From: Paraspadella gotoi
Lineage: Eukaryota > Animalia > Chaetognatha
Direction: 5' to 3'
DNA: 64,000 nt
Assembly (NCBI GenBank): GCA_051294375.1
Contig: CM119268.1
Coordinates: 8,849,215-8,913,214, forward strand
Part shown: one piece after another, positions 36,701 to 47,798 of the stretch
Numbering within the stretch: the stretch's first letter is position 1
Layout of the letters: each line of letters opens with the position of its first letter
The notes under the pieces: generated by a model
What the model was told of the DNA's origin: nothing
Database searches by the model: none
What the model saw: the letters and a program-made list of their open reading frames with translations, nothing else
Position numbers and translations under genes: made by a program

Positions 36701-37995
36701 TTTAGCTTTAAGATATTTTTCATGTTCTTCTTTTAGTTTTAGTAAATAAACAGCCTGCTGTTCTTTTTCCAGCAATAGTTGCTGTTCCTGTTCTTGCTTT
36801 TGTTTCTGTAATTGAGCTTCCATTTTCTGCTTGTACGATTGTAACTCTAAATCTTGCGTTTTTTGAAGTTGATTCTGCTCTGATTGTTTTAACAGTTGTT
36901 CTTTTTTCTCTCTATCTTGCTGTTCTTTTATTTGATGAAGTTGTTGCTTTTGTAACAATTGAATTTTATTCAATTCTTCTTCTTGCATTTGTTGTTTGAG
37001 TTTTAATTCTTTTTCCTGCTGCTCTTTCTTTAGTTTCAGTTCTTCTTCTTGCTTTTGTCGTTGGAGCTTGAGTTTTTCTTCTTGCTCTTTCTTTTTTCGA
37101 TGCTGTTCTTCATCTTGCTGTTGCTTTTGCCTTAATAAATTTTCTTGATGTTTTTGTAACTTTTCATTCAATTCTTTATCTTTTTGTTGCTTGTATATTT
37201 TCTGTTCCTCCAACTGCTTTTCTTTTAGGATGCGTTTCTCTTCTTCCTGACGTTGCTTTAACAGTTGTTCTTGCTGCTTTTGCAGTTCAAGCTGTTTTTG
37301 TTGTTCAAGATGCTGTTGTCGTTGAGCTTCCTTGTGATCAAGTAGTTTTTTTTGAATGAAAAAAACTTCTTCATGACATTTTTGACCTAGAAAATATTTA
37401 AATATGGATAATTTATCAAAATAATATTTTTTTTTATATTTTATTTTAATCCTTACTATCACCTCGTTTTTTTGTTGATTGAACTGGATTGTGTTTCATT
37501 ACAACCTCTTCATGACACATCTTGCTTCTTCCTAAGTCTTCATTTTGATGCTTATTATTGTTTACTGTTTTTTGCACAATATTATGGTAGGTCTGATCAG
37601 AAGATTGTTCGTTCTGATGTATCAAAACTTGTTGCTCATTGTGCTGCTGTCGCTGGATCTGGGTATTAAAGGCATAAGATGTCTCTTCGTGGCATTTCCT
37701 TGACGGACATCGAGGAGGCGTGCCTTTGAAATATTAGCTATTACTTTTTTGAGACATTAAGGAAAATATTATTACTTATTTAAAAAAAAAAAAACTTATT
37801 CAACTGTTTTAAATTTGTATATTTAACATTTGTGAATTTTAATTAGAATAATTAAGACAGGAATATATTAGAATTTGTATTTTTCTTTTTATATCAAAAG
37901 CAACTCACATCTAATATCGTGACATTTGGCGTGAATTTCTGCTGTTGGTGTTGCGCTCTGGCATCTTCCCACTTTTCGTGATGAAACGTTGGAGC
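30713..37995 (-). CDS. Large coiled-coil / ER-K single-alpha-helix protein with TQT motifs (~1400 aa, 5' end not found)
   Basis: Twelve phase-consistent exons: 37995-37909, 37723-37463, 37386-35774 (Q/E/K coiled coil), 35698-35548, 35464-35384, 34986-34895 (DTATQT..EIQTQTE..SVQTQTE), 34598-34508, 34432-33095 (ER/K repeats; two 1-nt deletions near 33990 and 33925 must be corrected to restore phase), 32858-32764, 32426-32403, 31842-31673 (poly-Ala/Ser) and 30930-30713 (...AVRKFFHV*). AATAAA on the minus strand at ~30660-30655. Confidence 0.78.
33291..34147 (-). repeat. 78-bp coding minisatellite, ~11 copies, encoding RLRREAEEKERLRREEEERLKREEEE
   Basis: Units start every 78 nt (33291, 33369, 33447, 33525, 33603...). 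The 26-aa period is visible in ORFs 33059-33919 and 33969-34445. Confidence 0.9.
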
Positions 37996-38521
37996 CTAAA
38001 TTAAATGAAACGCCTATTTTTAAGATGTTTTAAGATATTTAGAAAAAAAAAGCTTATGTAGTATATATGTAATATAAAAAGTTATTGAGAAAATTATAGG
38101 TGGCACAGAACAATGAAAATGTACAAAAGGTTGACCGGACTTATCAATCTGATAAAATATGTTCTTGATAAAATTTTAAAAAAATATGTTCTTGATAAAA
38201 TTTAAAAAAAATAGAAGCTCGATGCTTATGTAGGTTGTTGGTGTGAATATCTGGCAAGGTGTTATGTTTCTTCATCTCTATGCCTTTTTTTATGTATATG
38301 TATCTCTCCATCTCACATTTCTCTCGCTCCCTCATTCAACACAAAAATACTTTTGAAAGCGTTAAACTTTTTTACTTAAGGAGACAATTTAGAAACTGGT
38401 GCTTCTACCTGGCAGATAAAAAGAACATTTACCATCAAAAAATAAAAATACTGCTTTTATATTTTTCCTTTTTTTATTTTGCTTATTTTTTTTTTAAGTC
38501 GCCATGAAATAAAATATAAAT

Positions 38522-39832
38522 ATGACAGACTACTTGCAGGCTGCGCTTAAAATTGGACCAGCGCCCCTTGTGACGAGAAGGACGCCGACGACGCCGAAGC
38601 CAACGCCACCTTCGACTCCGAAGACGACGACGACAACGACGACCAAGTTCGGGTTCAACTCGACCCTGAATTCCAGTTGGATCAAAACCTACGATAAGCT
38701 GGGCATTCTGAGCAACAAGCCAACTTCTGGTCATTAAATATTTCTGGAATAATACTTTTTGATATTTATGGAGCATCCGTTTCGATGTTCATTTGTTTTT
38801 TCTTTCAGCGTCGAAGAGAGATCGAGAAACGACTCTGACGCACAGATTGACAAAGTAGGAAAGGTTTTAGGTCGTCATTCTTATAATTTGTAAAACAGTA
38901 ATTCCATCATATCGTTTTATCCGCGTTAAAGTTTTCTTTTTTCTTTCTCTCTTTAGAGCCACGACTTCCTCCGCCCCGATCGAGGATGAGGAAGATGAAG
39001 AAGACGAGGACGACAGAATCTTCGCCGTGATGAAGCAGAGGGTGGAGAAGGAGATGAGGGAGAGATCGGAGAAGGAGGAGAGGGAGAGGAAGAATCGGGG
39101 GGAGGAAATGAGGAAGAGGGAGGAGAGGATAGAGAGGGAGGAGAGAGAGAAGAGGAAAGAGAAGAGAGAAAGGGAGGAGAGGGAGAGATTCGTTCGGGAA
39201 GAGAAGGAGAGACAAAAACGACTGAGGGATATGTTGAAGGAAGACGTGAAGAAGGCGAACAGAGGTTGGAAGGATGGATGGATGGATGGATGGATGGATG
39301 GATGGATGGATGGCGTTAGAAGGATCTAATGTTGACAATTTGGTTCGTTTTTAGTCTTTATTCAATCCTAACCAAGATGCATCCCATGCCAACTAATATT
39401 TCACATGTTTTAAGAATTATCCACAACACTGCAATATGCAAATGATATTGAAGAAAATTTCATTCAGGAGTTAATCTTCCATAATTGCTAGATGGAATTC
39501 AGACTTTCATTTTCATAGAGAAAGAAACCAAAGGCGAGAACGGCGACGACGAAGGTAAGACTAAAACTACAATAGCGGCGACTACGAAATCGAAGAAGCG
39601 ACGGCGAAGAGCGACGGAGGGCGTGGCTAAAGTTTTCGCCGTCGAAGCCAAAGAAGACGAGAGCCGAATAGACGCCGATGAGGACGACGACGACGCCGGG
39701 GACGACGACGACGGAAACGACGATGGCGATAAAGACGATGGAAATGTCGATGACGAGTTCGTGACGAAGATCTTGTCGACTCGATCTCCGAGACTCTCGA
39801 ATTGACGTCTCTCTCTCTCTCTCTCTCTCTTC

Positions 39833-39900
<68 letters not shown>

Positions 39901-42900
39901 GCAGCACCAAGGAAAAAGCCGACAACGACGCCGTTGACGACGCCGACGCCGATAACGACAACAACAACAACGCCCAGTCGGAGCCGCTGCCTTCATTGAA
40001 CTCGGTCAACATCGACTACACGACTCACGTTCAACGATTGCGTCGCGCCAAGGAGATCGTCAAACTGGTGAGCGTCGTCGTCTCGTGAAATTGCAAACTT
40101 GACCTGGGAATGTCATTGGCTTCTCGTTTAACGACAGATGGGATACACTTGTCATAACCAAAATCTCAGTCCAGTCAGCCTCTGAATATTCTGATTAGGA
40201 AGAAATGAATGAAGGATATTGTGTGGACGAACAACGACAACACGCAACCTCGGTCAAACCATTGACCTTACTTCAACCTTGCTTTCTCTTTACGGTCAAA
40301 CTTCTGACCTTGTAAATACCATTGTTATAGACTTAACATCTGAGTTTTTGACTGTTATTGTTATTAACTTGTTGCGTCCACAATTGCTCCTTTTACCGCA
40401 TTTTGCGATAGAAATCGCATTATCATCCGGGTTTCTGGTTTTCCTCAAATCATTTTCTCCGTCACTCCACAATCCCTGATTTCCACTTCTTCGCTTTTCC
40501 AGACCACTCCACCAGGTCTTTCTCCTACGAGTTTATCTCCCAGCTCCCCTATTATCCGCACCACTCCACCGTCCACACCCGTAACCATTTTAAACCTTAG
40601 CACACTCTCCTTCCCGAGGCGGCCGAGTCCAACTCCGTTTTCCTTCTCGGCGGCAACGGTTGCTTCTTCGTCCGCGAGTCGATGCGACGACGAGGTTGGG
40701 TGGAGAAGGTGACGCTGAAGGCCGAGTGGGACGACGTGCAGAAGCAGGTGGAAGCATGCCTCAGCGTCGAGTCCTTCTACGGTCCCCAACGTTTCGTCCA
40801 CCGGCGCCATCTCTTTCAAAACGCTCTGCATTCGGAAGCGCCTGCGACGACGCCGACGACGCCGTCTCCGACGCCGCCTCAAAGTCCGCGACCGTCGATG
40901 GTGGGCGCCATCTCGTCCTCCTTGGCCGGCGTCAAGTTGAACAACGCCTACAGACAGCGCCACCTGGGTCTCGTTCGTCAGCTGTACCGCACCGAGGTGG
41001 CGGAGATGACCAATTTGGTGCGAAGTTACGTGCCCAACTTTTTTTGGACGTCGGGGCGGAGTCAAGCGATGTACCAGTTGCTAGACTCGAGGTGCTCGAG
41101 CCGAATTTATTTGAGATAATCACAGACTCTCCTAAATTCATTTTTTTGTTTCTCCCGCCAGATAATGTTAGGAAAATTTATGAAAAGGTTTATGTCGTTA
41201 AACATTTTTAAAACCGGTGTCCCTCACAATAAAAATAACTAATTGACCCACGCATCTGCACACCCTTTAAGACCGGACATCGTCTGGAACCACTTCGCCT
41301 CGAGCGGCGGATCCTTCACGACTAAGGAAGGTCTCTGCAGCATCATGAGGGACATCAACTGGAGGTTGGACTTTGACAAGGACGAGATCGTGCCCAGAGT
41401 CTATCGACTCTCAAAGTTCGACGATAAACTGGACTTCATCATTGACTTTAAGGTAGCTCATGCATTAGCTGATGCCGCATTTGCTTTAAAGGGACATCAT
41501 AAAATTTCAAGAGCAATTTGCGTCGATTAATGATTTATTGTAAAATATTATGGATAAAATCATGACCAAAGCCTCGACTCGGTTTAAAGGTAACGGCCTG
41601 CGCCAATCTCCTCAAACATATCGTGGAGAATTACCCTGTGGAAGAGGATCTAGTGACCCCGAGCGGCGGAGCGGCGCAGAAAAGGGCGGACCCGTCGAAC
41701 GAGGCGATCATGTCCGTAGCGGAAAGGGCTCTGATCATTCAGTGGCAAGGCGACCGAAAGACCGTCAACTCTTTCGGCCTCGGATCCGGCGACGATCCCG
41801 CTCGCGCCGTTCTCAACGTCAACAACAACAACAACAACAACGCCGTCGACGACGTCGGCGCCTGCGAGGGAGTCTCGTTTACGCCGACGGCGACCGAAGC
41901 CGTCCCCGGAGCCGGGCGACGCCGCCTCGTCCGGAAACGCGCCCGGAGTCGGCCGACGATCCGGACTCATCATTGGGGAACGAAACACTTAAAGGCGGAC
42001 TCGGCAGAGGATCGCCCTCCGTCGCTTCCTCTTCCTCCCTCTCCTTCTCCCTCTCCTCCTCCTCCTCCTCATTCTCCTCTTCCTCCATCGCGGAGGAGGA
42101 AGTGGAGGAAGAGGATCATTTCGAGGAGGACGGAGGAGTCGGGGCGGTTGAGGAGGGAAAGGGGCGCGGCCGAGACAAGGTTGAATTTAAATTTTCAAAT
42201 TTTTAATTTTTTTTTTAAATTTTTAAATATTTTAATCTTGAATAAACTGAAATAAACAATTAGAAAGAACAAGTTTGTCATAAAAAAATTGACGAAATGG
42301 TAGAAAAACCCAAATTAAAAAGAACCGTTTCCTCTTCGCAACAGAGCCACCGACTCGGCGCCGGACGAGGATTCCGCCGACCTCGTCGTCCTCACTCCGC
42401 CGAGATTTTCCGGCTTCGGTCACCCTCGGAGCTTCGCCGGATTATCGGGCGTGGCCAATCCCGCCATCACTTACAACGACTGCGTCGCCATCGGCGGCGG
42501 ATTTTTCGTCGGCGGCGTCGGCGTTGGCGGCAGTGAAGGGGGAATATTCAACAGGTGGGCTAAGTCTCAAGCTCGAGGTTTGAACGTATAAGACTCCACG
42601 TATTACTTAAATAAAAAAATCAAAACTAATGAGACAAAGAACTCTTTACATCGGCGCAGAAACACCAACGCTCAACCGCCGAGCCTGGTCGTCTTCGCCA
42701 CGCCGCCTTCAACCGCTTCGACGGCAAAGACGACGCAACACCCGTCCCCACCGCCGTCAACTCCCCCGGCGACGCCTCTGCTGGGCATCAGCGGCGTCTC
42801 CACGACGACGGGAGTGTTTACGGCTCCGCTGTCGCAGAGGATCGTCGAGTTGGCCTGCATCCAGTTGGAGACATTGTTGTCGCATCGAAACCACGAGGAC

Positions 42901-44074
42901 ATCGATAAGACGCAGATTCTGCCTGACGTCACTGGTAGGCGGTTGGGATGGATGCAATGGATGTGTTATCGTAAAGGAGGATTATCGTCAATGTCATCCT
43001 CAATGGTTGACTGAATGATGACTAAATACTCCCAGTAACAATCTATCGTTTTCCCCACTCGAAGGCGCCATCGCGGAACGAGCCTGGCCCCGCCTTTTGA
43101 AGTACATTCAGGTTCCCAAGTTTATCATTATTAAAGTTATCGTCAAATCATCGTCATTATCATTTTTTTTATATTCAGGACATAACCTCCGGGACGCGAA
43201 CGCTAGACCTGACGCCCGACTCGATCCTGCGCTGCCGAGTGATGCTTCAAGCGGTTCGTCCGCTGATGAAGCAGCAACACGTCGACGGAACCAAAAACAT
43301 GTGGATCCTCAAACCGCCGAGTTCGTCGAGAGGTCGGGGGATCGTCATCTCTCAGGTTGGGTCGTTTGTTGTGGTCAAGTTGATCGTCGTCGTCTGCGTC
43401 GTCGTTTTTATCAGTAATTAAATGTTATACATTTTATATCGACTGGCTTATTCTCTTTTTATGGCAAAGCTGGATCTTGCTTTTTCCTTGACTCGAAGCT
43501 ATCCCGACTTAATTTTACGTCTTCAGAATCTGGACGAAATCTTGAAAGTATCTTCATCGAGCCGAGTCGTTTGTCAAAAGTACATCGAGCGGCCAATGAC
43601 CATCTACGATACCAAATTCGACATCAGGCAATGGTGAGTCGCGTTTTCAACTGAAAAAAGATTGGCAAGGATCGCCAACGACAAAAGCAATGTGGCTCAA
43701 GGTTTTTGATTACGTCCTGGAATCCGTTGACGCTTTGGTGGTACAACGATTGCTACGTTAGATTCTCCTCGCAAATTTTCGACCTGAAAAACTTCGACGA
43801 ATCGATTCATTTGACGAACAACGCCATTCAGGTGCCAACGAGGAAGTAGAAATAATAACAAAAGGACCGCAGAGGTTTATTTTTCTCCGCAGTAGGCGTA
43901 GATGTAGCTTCGACATTTAAATGTTTTCTCTTGTCACCCGAAAGGCCAACTACAAGAACCATCGCCACAGATCATCTCTCCTTCCGGAAGAAAACATGTG
44001 GGACGCCGCGACTTTCGCCCAGTTTTGTAAAAGTCAGTCGAGTTTGTAAACGTTCGTATTAATTTTGATAAGAG

Positions 44075-44116
<42 letters not shown>

Positions 44117-44865
44117 TCCTATCGTTTTTAGCCAAAGCCGACGGCGTGGACGTTTTCAGGACAATCACGGTTCCCAAAATGAAGGTGAGGCGGGTTTTAG
44201 GGTAAGGTATTCTCGATAATCGAGGCTCGTTGATACCTTTTATATTTTACTCGAGAAACACATCACGGGCGTGATGACCTGCGCCACGGAATTCATGGTG
44301 AATCGGCACAATTCTTTCGAACTTTACGGAGCGGATTACATGGTGGACGCCTGGTTCCATCCTTGGCTTTTAGAGGCGAGAAAACGTGGAATAATTATTA
44401 TGTTACCCGTCATTCATGTCAATCAATGACTTTTTCAACCAATCTACCCATCATTGATTTAATTAGTATACTGATTGACAAATTATTATTCAGTAAATCA
44501 AATCAAATGAATCAAATCAATTAAATCAGTGGAATCAATAAAATCACAGGTGAACGCTTCTCCCGCGTTGGGAGGGACAACGAAAGTGACGAAGCGGTTG
44601 TGTCGCGCGGTGATCGAAGATGCGATGAAGGTCGTGTTGGATCGAAAGAAGAATCCAGAGGCGGACACGGGGAAGTTCGAGTTGGTCTACCAGGTGAGAC
44701 GTGGGAGGAAAAAAAAAAAGAAAGAGAGAGGGAGAAGGAAAGAAATAAATAAAGATATTAAAAGGGATATAAGAAAGAAAGTAAAACGAAAAAAAGAAAC
44801 AAAGAAACATAGAAAGATAGTAAGATAAAAGAAAGAAAGAAAGAAAGAAAGAAGAAAGAAAGAAA

Positions 44866-44902
<37 letters not shown>

Positions 44903-45376
44903 AAAAAAAAAGTAAAAAAGTAAAAAAGTAAAAAAGAAAAAAGAAAAAAGAAAAAAGAAAAAAAGAAAAAAAAAGAAAAAGAAAAAAAAAAGAAAAAAGA
45001 AAAAAGAAAAAAGAAAGAAGAAAAAAGAAAGAAAAATAAAAAAAACCAGAAAAAAAACTAGTTATCAGTCAGTAAAGTCTGTTAATCAATTTAAAAATAC
45101 TCATTTTTAAACCCTTTCAGGAAAAAAACGTGAACATGAACAAAGATATGAACAGTTCTGCATTACTGAAGGTATGACTCCGAGGTTCAAATTGTCATTT
45201 ATACTTCCTCATCAGTACGTACAAGTCGCACTCCGTACGCTGAAATGACCAAATGAAATTCATTCAATCTTTCTCGACTCGAGGTGAGCGGAACGACCAT
45301 TCCTCGACCCTCGAGTTCCAATCACGAATTGATCGAAGAAAGAAAATATAAAAAGCTCGCGCCTTGGAGACCCTGA
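38522..45376 (+). CDS. TTLL3: Tubulin glycylase, TTLL3/TTLL8 family (~1230 aa)
   Basis: Twenty phase-consistent exons: 38522-38729, 38809-38854, 38957-39264, 39519-39756, 39905-40067, 40619-41091, 41272-41452, 41590-42179, 42345-42554, 42660-42934, 43065-43111, 43179-43355, 43527-43633, 43702-43831, 43945-44032, 44132-44184, 44256-44375, 44550-44693, 45121-45171, 45284-45376. Hallmarks: [98 protein letters not shown]. The first four exons are less certain. TTLL3 and TTLL8 cannot be distinguished. Confidence 0.92.
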
Positions 45377-46577
45377 GACCTCGAGACCTTAAGGCCCCAG
45401 TTCCTCGAAACCTTGAGGCGGAATGACTCGTCTCGAATTGATCTTCGGTCAAGCATTTAGTTGCAGACGTCATGACTTTATATCATACTCAATTATAAAA
45501 ATGAATAGAAATGAACGAGATTATATTAACTGTCTTTTATCCACGGAATGCTGCAAAGTGCAGAGGCTTAAACTTCAAGCAAGTTCGTAGTCGAAAAAAT
45601 ATTTCAACTTGCCCCTCAAGAAAGAAGTTGACATATATCATAATGATGTTTTTCTTGACCGCTTGACTTACCCATATCTGGATGAGAGGATGAGACGGAG
45701 GAAGAGAAAGAAGAGGAGGAGGATGAGGCTGCTGCAAAGGTCGCCGACCCCGCTGACGAAATGGAGGACGAAGGCCTGCGCAAGAAAACAAAGCAGCGTC
45801 AGAGAAGCGGTTCGAGATCCCAGCAGCAGCTGGGAGACGGTCTTACATTTTGGCGAGGGGTTGGGGAAGATCGAGTTGCTGCACTGTGGATGGATTCACG
45901 ATTTTGATGTCTACTCCGAAAGCAGAATCCTGAAGGAGGGAAGAATGGTCATCAAAACATCATTTGCATACAGCAAAATTAGTTGTGAGGCATGTCAGGG
46001 TTTAAATTAATCCTGAACAAAAAATTTTTTTTGATTTGTGCAATTATTTTTATATCGAAACAAACTAACTTTGATCGCGGATCCGCCGGCCGAACTCGTC
46101 GGGGACATCAAACGCGGCGGCGGGAGACTGCGGTATCGATGGTGAAGGGAAGACGGCGTCGCCGATGACGCCGCCGCCGCAGACGAGGCTGCCGCTGCTG
46201 ACGCCGAAAACGCTGAAGAATTCGACGAAGACGCCGCCGCCGCGGAGAACGCCGACGAGGACGCCGAGTAAGATGACGCCGACGTCGCCGCGAAAGACGA
46301 CGACGCCGAAAATGCGACGAATGGGCGTGGCGCGTCGAGGGCGAAGTCACGCGGCGGATCGAGTCGACCCTCGACTCGTCCGCCTTCGTCGAAGCCGCGG
46401 ATGGAAGGGATCGTCGACGGGTTCACGACGCGGATGTCCACCGAGAAACCGGCGTCCTGGGAGGAGAAAAGGGGGGGAGGGAAGGGGATTAGTGGGTGAT
46501 GGGAAAGGATGCAATGATTGCATCTGATTAGGGAATGGGGGCGAGAGAATGTTAAGAAGCTAAAGGTCTAAAAAAGG

Positions 46578-46619
<42 letters not shown>

Positions 46620-46644
46620 AGAAGAGAGAGAGAGGAGAGGAGAA

Positions 46645-46677
<33 letters not shown>

Positions 46678-46842
46678 GAATCAATTAAAAGAATCAGAGG
46701 AAAGAAATCGGGGTTTTTTGTTTCTTTTTTTATTTGGGTTAAGCGCGTGGAAAGCGAATGAGGAGGAAATGAGATGAGATAAAATAAGGGTGAGGAAAAG
46801 AAAGAGAAAGAATGAGGGCCGGGGCCTAGAAGAGGGAGGGAA

Positions 46843-46892
<50 letters not shown>

Positions 46893-46897
46893 TGAAG

Positions 46898-46952
<55 letters not shown>

Positions 46953-47375
46953 GATTGACTTTTGAGATAGATCAATAACGGGACCTGAAATTATGACAAT
47001 AATACAAAAACACGTATTGAAAACGCAAGGAAATTGAGTTAGTAGTTATAGCAAGTATTAGTATGTGATGTTAGGGAAAAAGATTTTTAAAAACAGATTA
47101 TATAATATATATTATATAAACGTTTAAGGGAGGAGAAAATACAATTTAAAGGACATGAGTAAAGCAGAAAAAGGAAGAAAAAGAAAGAACAAACCGACAG
47201 AGAAAATCTACAAGTATGAAAGAAAATAAAATTATGAGATTTATTTTCCGTGATCCTCATTTCTGACCGCGTTGGAAGCGGACGAGGGATTCGGGGACAC
47301 GAGGCGCGGAGGCGGAAGAGACTTGAATCTGTGCAGCGGTGATGGTGAAGAGTTGGGCTCCGAAGCGGACGACAT
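45264..47375 (-). CDS. Orphan Ser/Ala-rich protein with an internally duplicated module (~300 aa)
   Basis: Phase-consistent exons: 47375(ATG)-47268, 46456-46070, 45929-45847, 45775-45672 and 45475-45264 (last exon tentative). Repeated HR(F/Y)(K/R)SLPPPRL(V/M)SP and D(A/S)(G/A)F(S/G)VDI(R/K)(V/I)VNPST. Confidence 0.7.
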
Positions 47376-47763
47376 AGTTGGAAGGTTTTGATGGTGCTGT
47401 TGTCGTTGATGAAGAAGACGAAAGAAATACGAGAATCCTTGCGTCAAACTCTACTTTCTAATTTTTTTCTAAAAATCGCGAGCGCCGCGATCCTAGCGGC
47501 AACGAATTTTAACGCGCGATTGGAATTCGTCACGAGCTCACCCCGATGGCGTCGCGTTAAAGATCCAACGGTAAACGTCAACTTCGTTGTCAACTACAGT
47601 GAGACGCGATTAACCCGAAGACGCCGCCCTCGTTTTGATGTTGCGACGTGTCGACGAGGCCATGCTGTAGGTCGATAAATTATATGATCGTTATTCATTT
47701 ATTTATTTAATTTATTTAATTATTTAATTTATTTATTTAATTTATATAATTTATTTAATTTAC

Positions 47764-47798
<35 letters not shown>

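Noticed and set aside
38498-38512. RFX X-box (GTCGCCATGAAAT) upstream of the TTLL start
   Set aside because: Only the left half-site matches; the right half lacks the RAC ending. Too weak to call.
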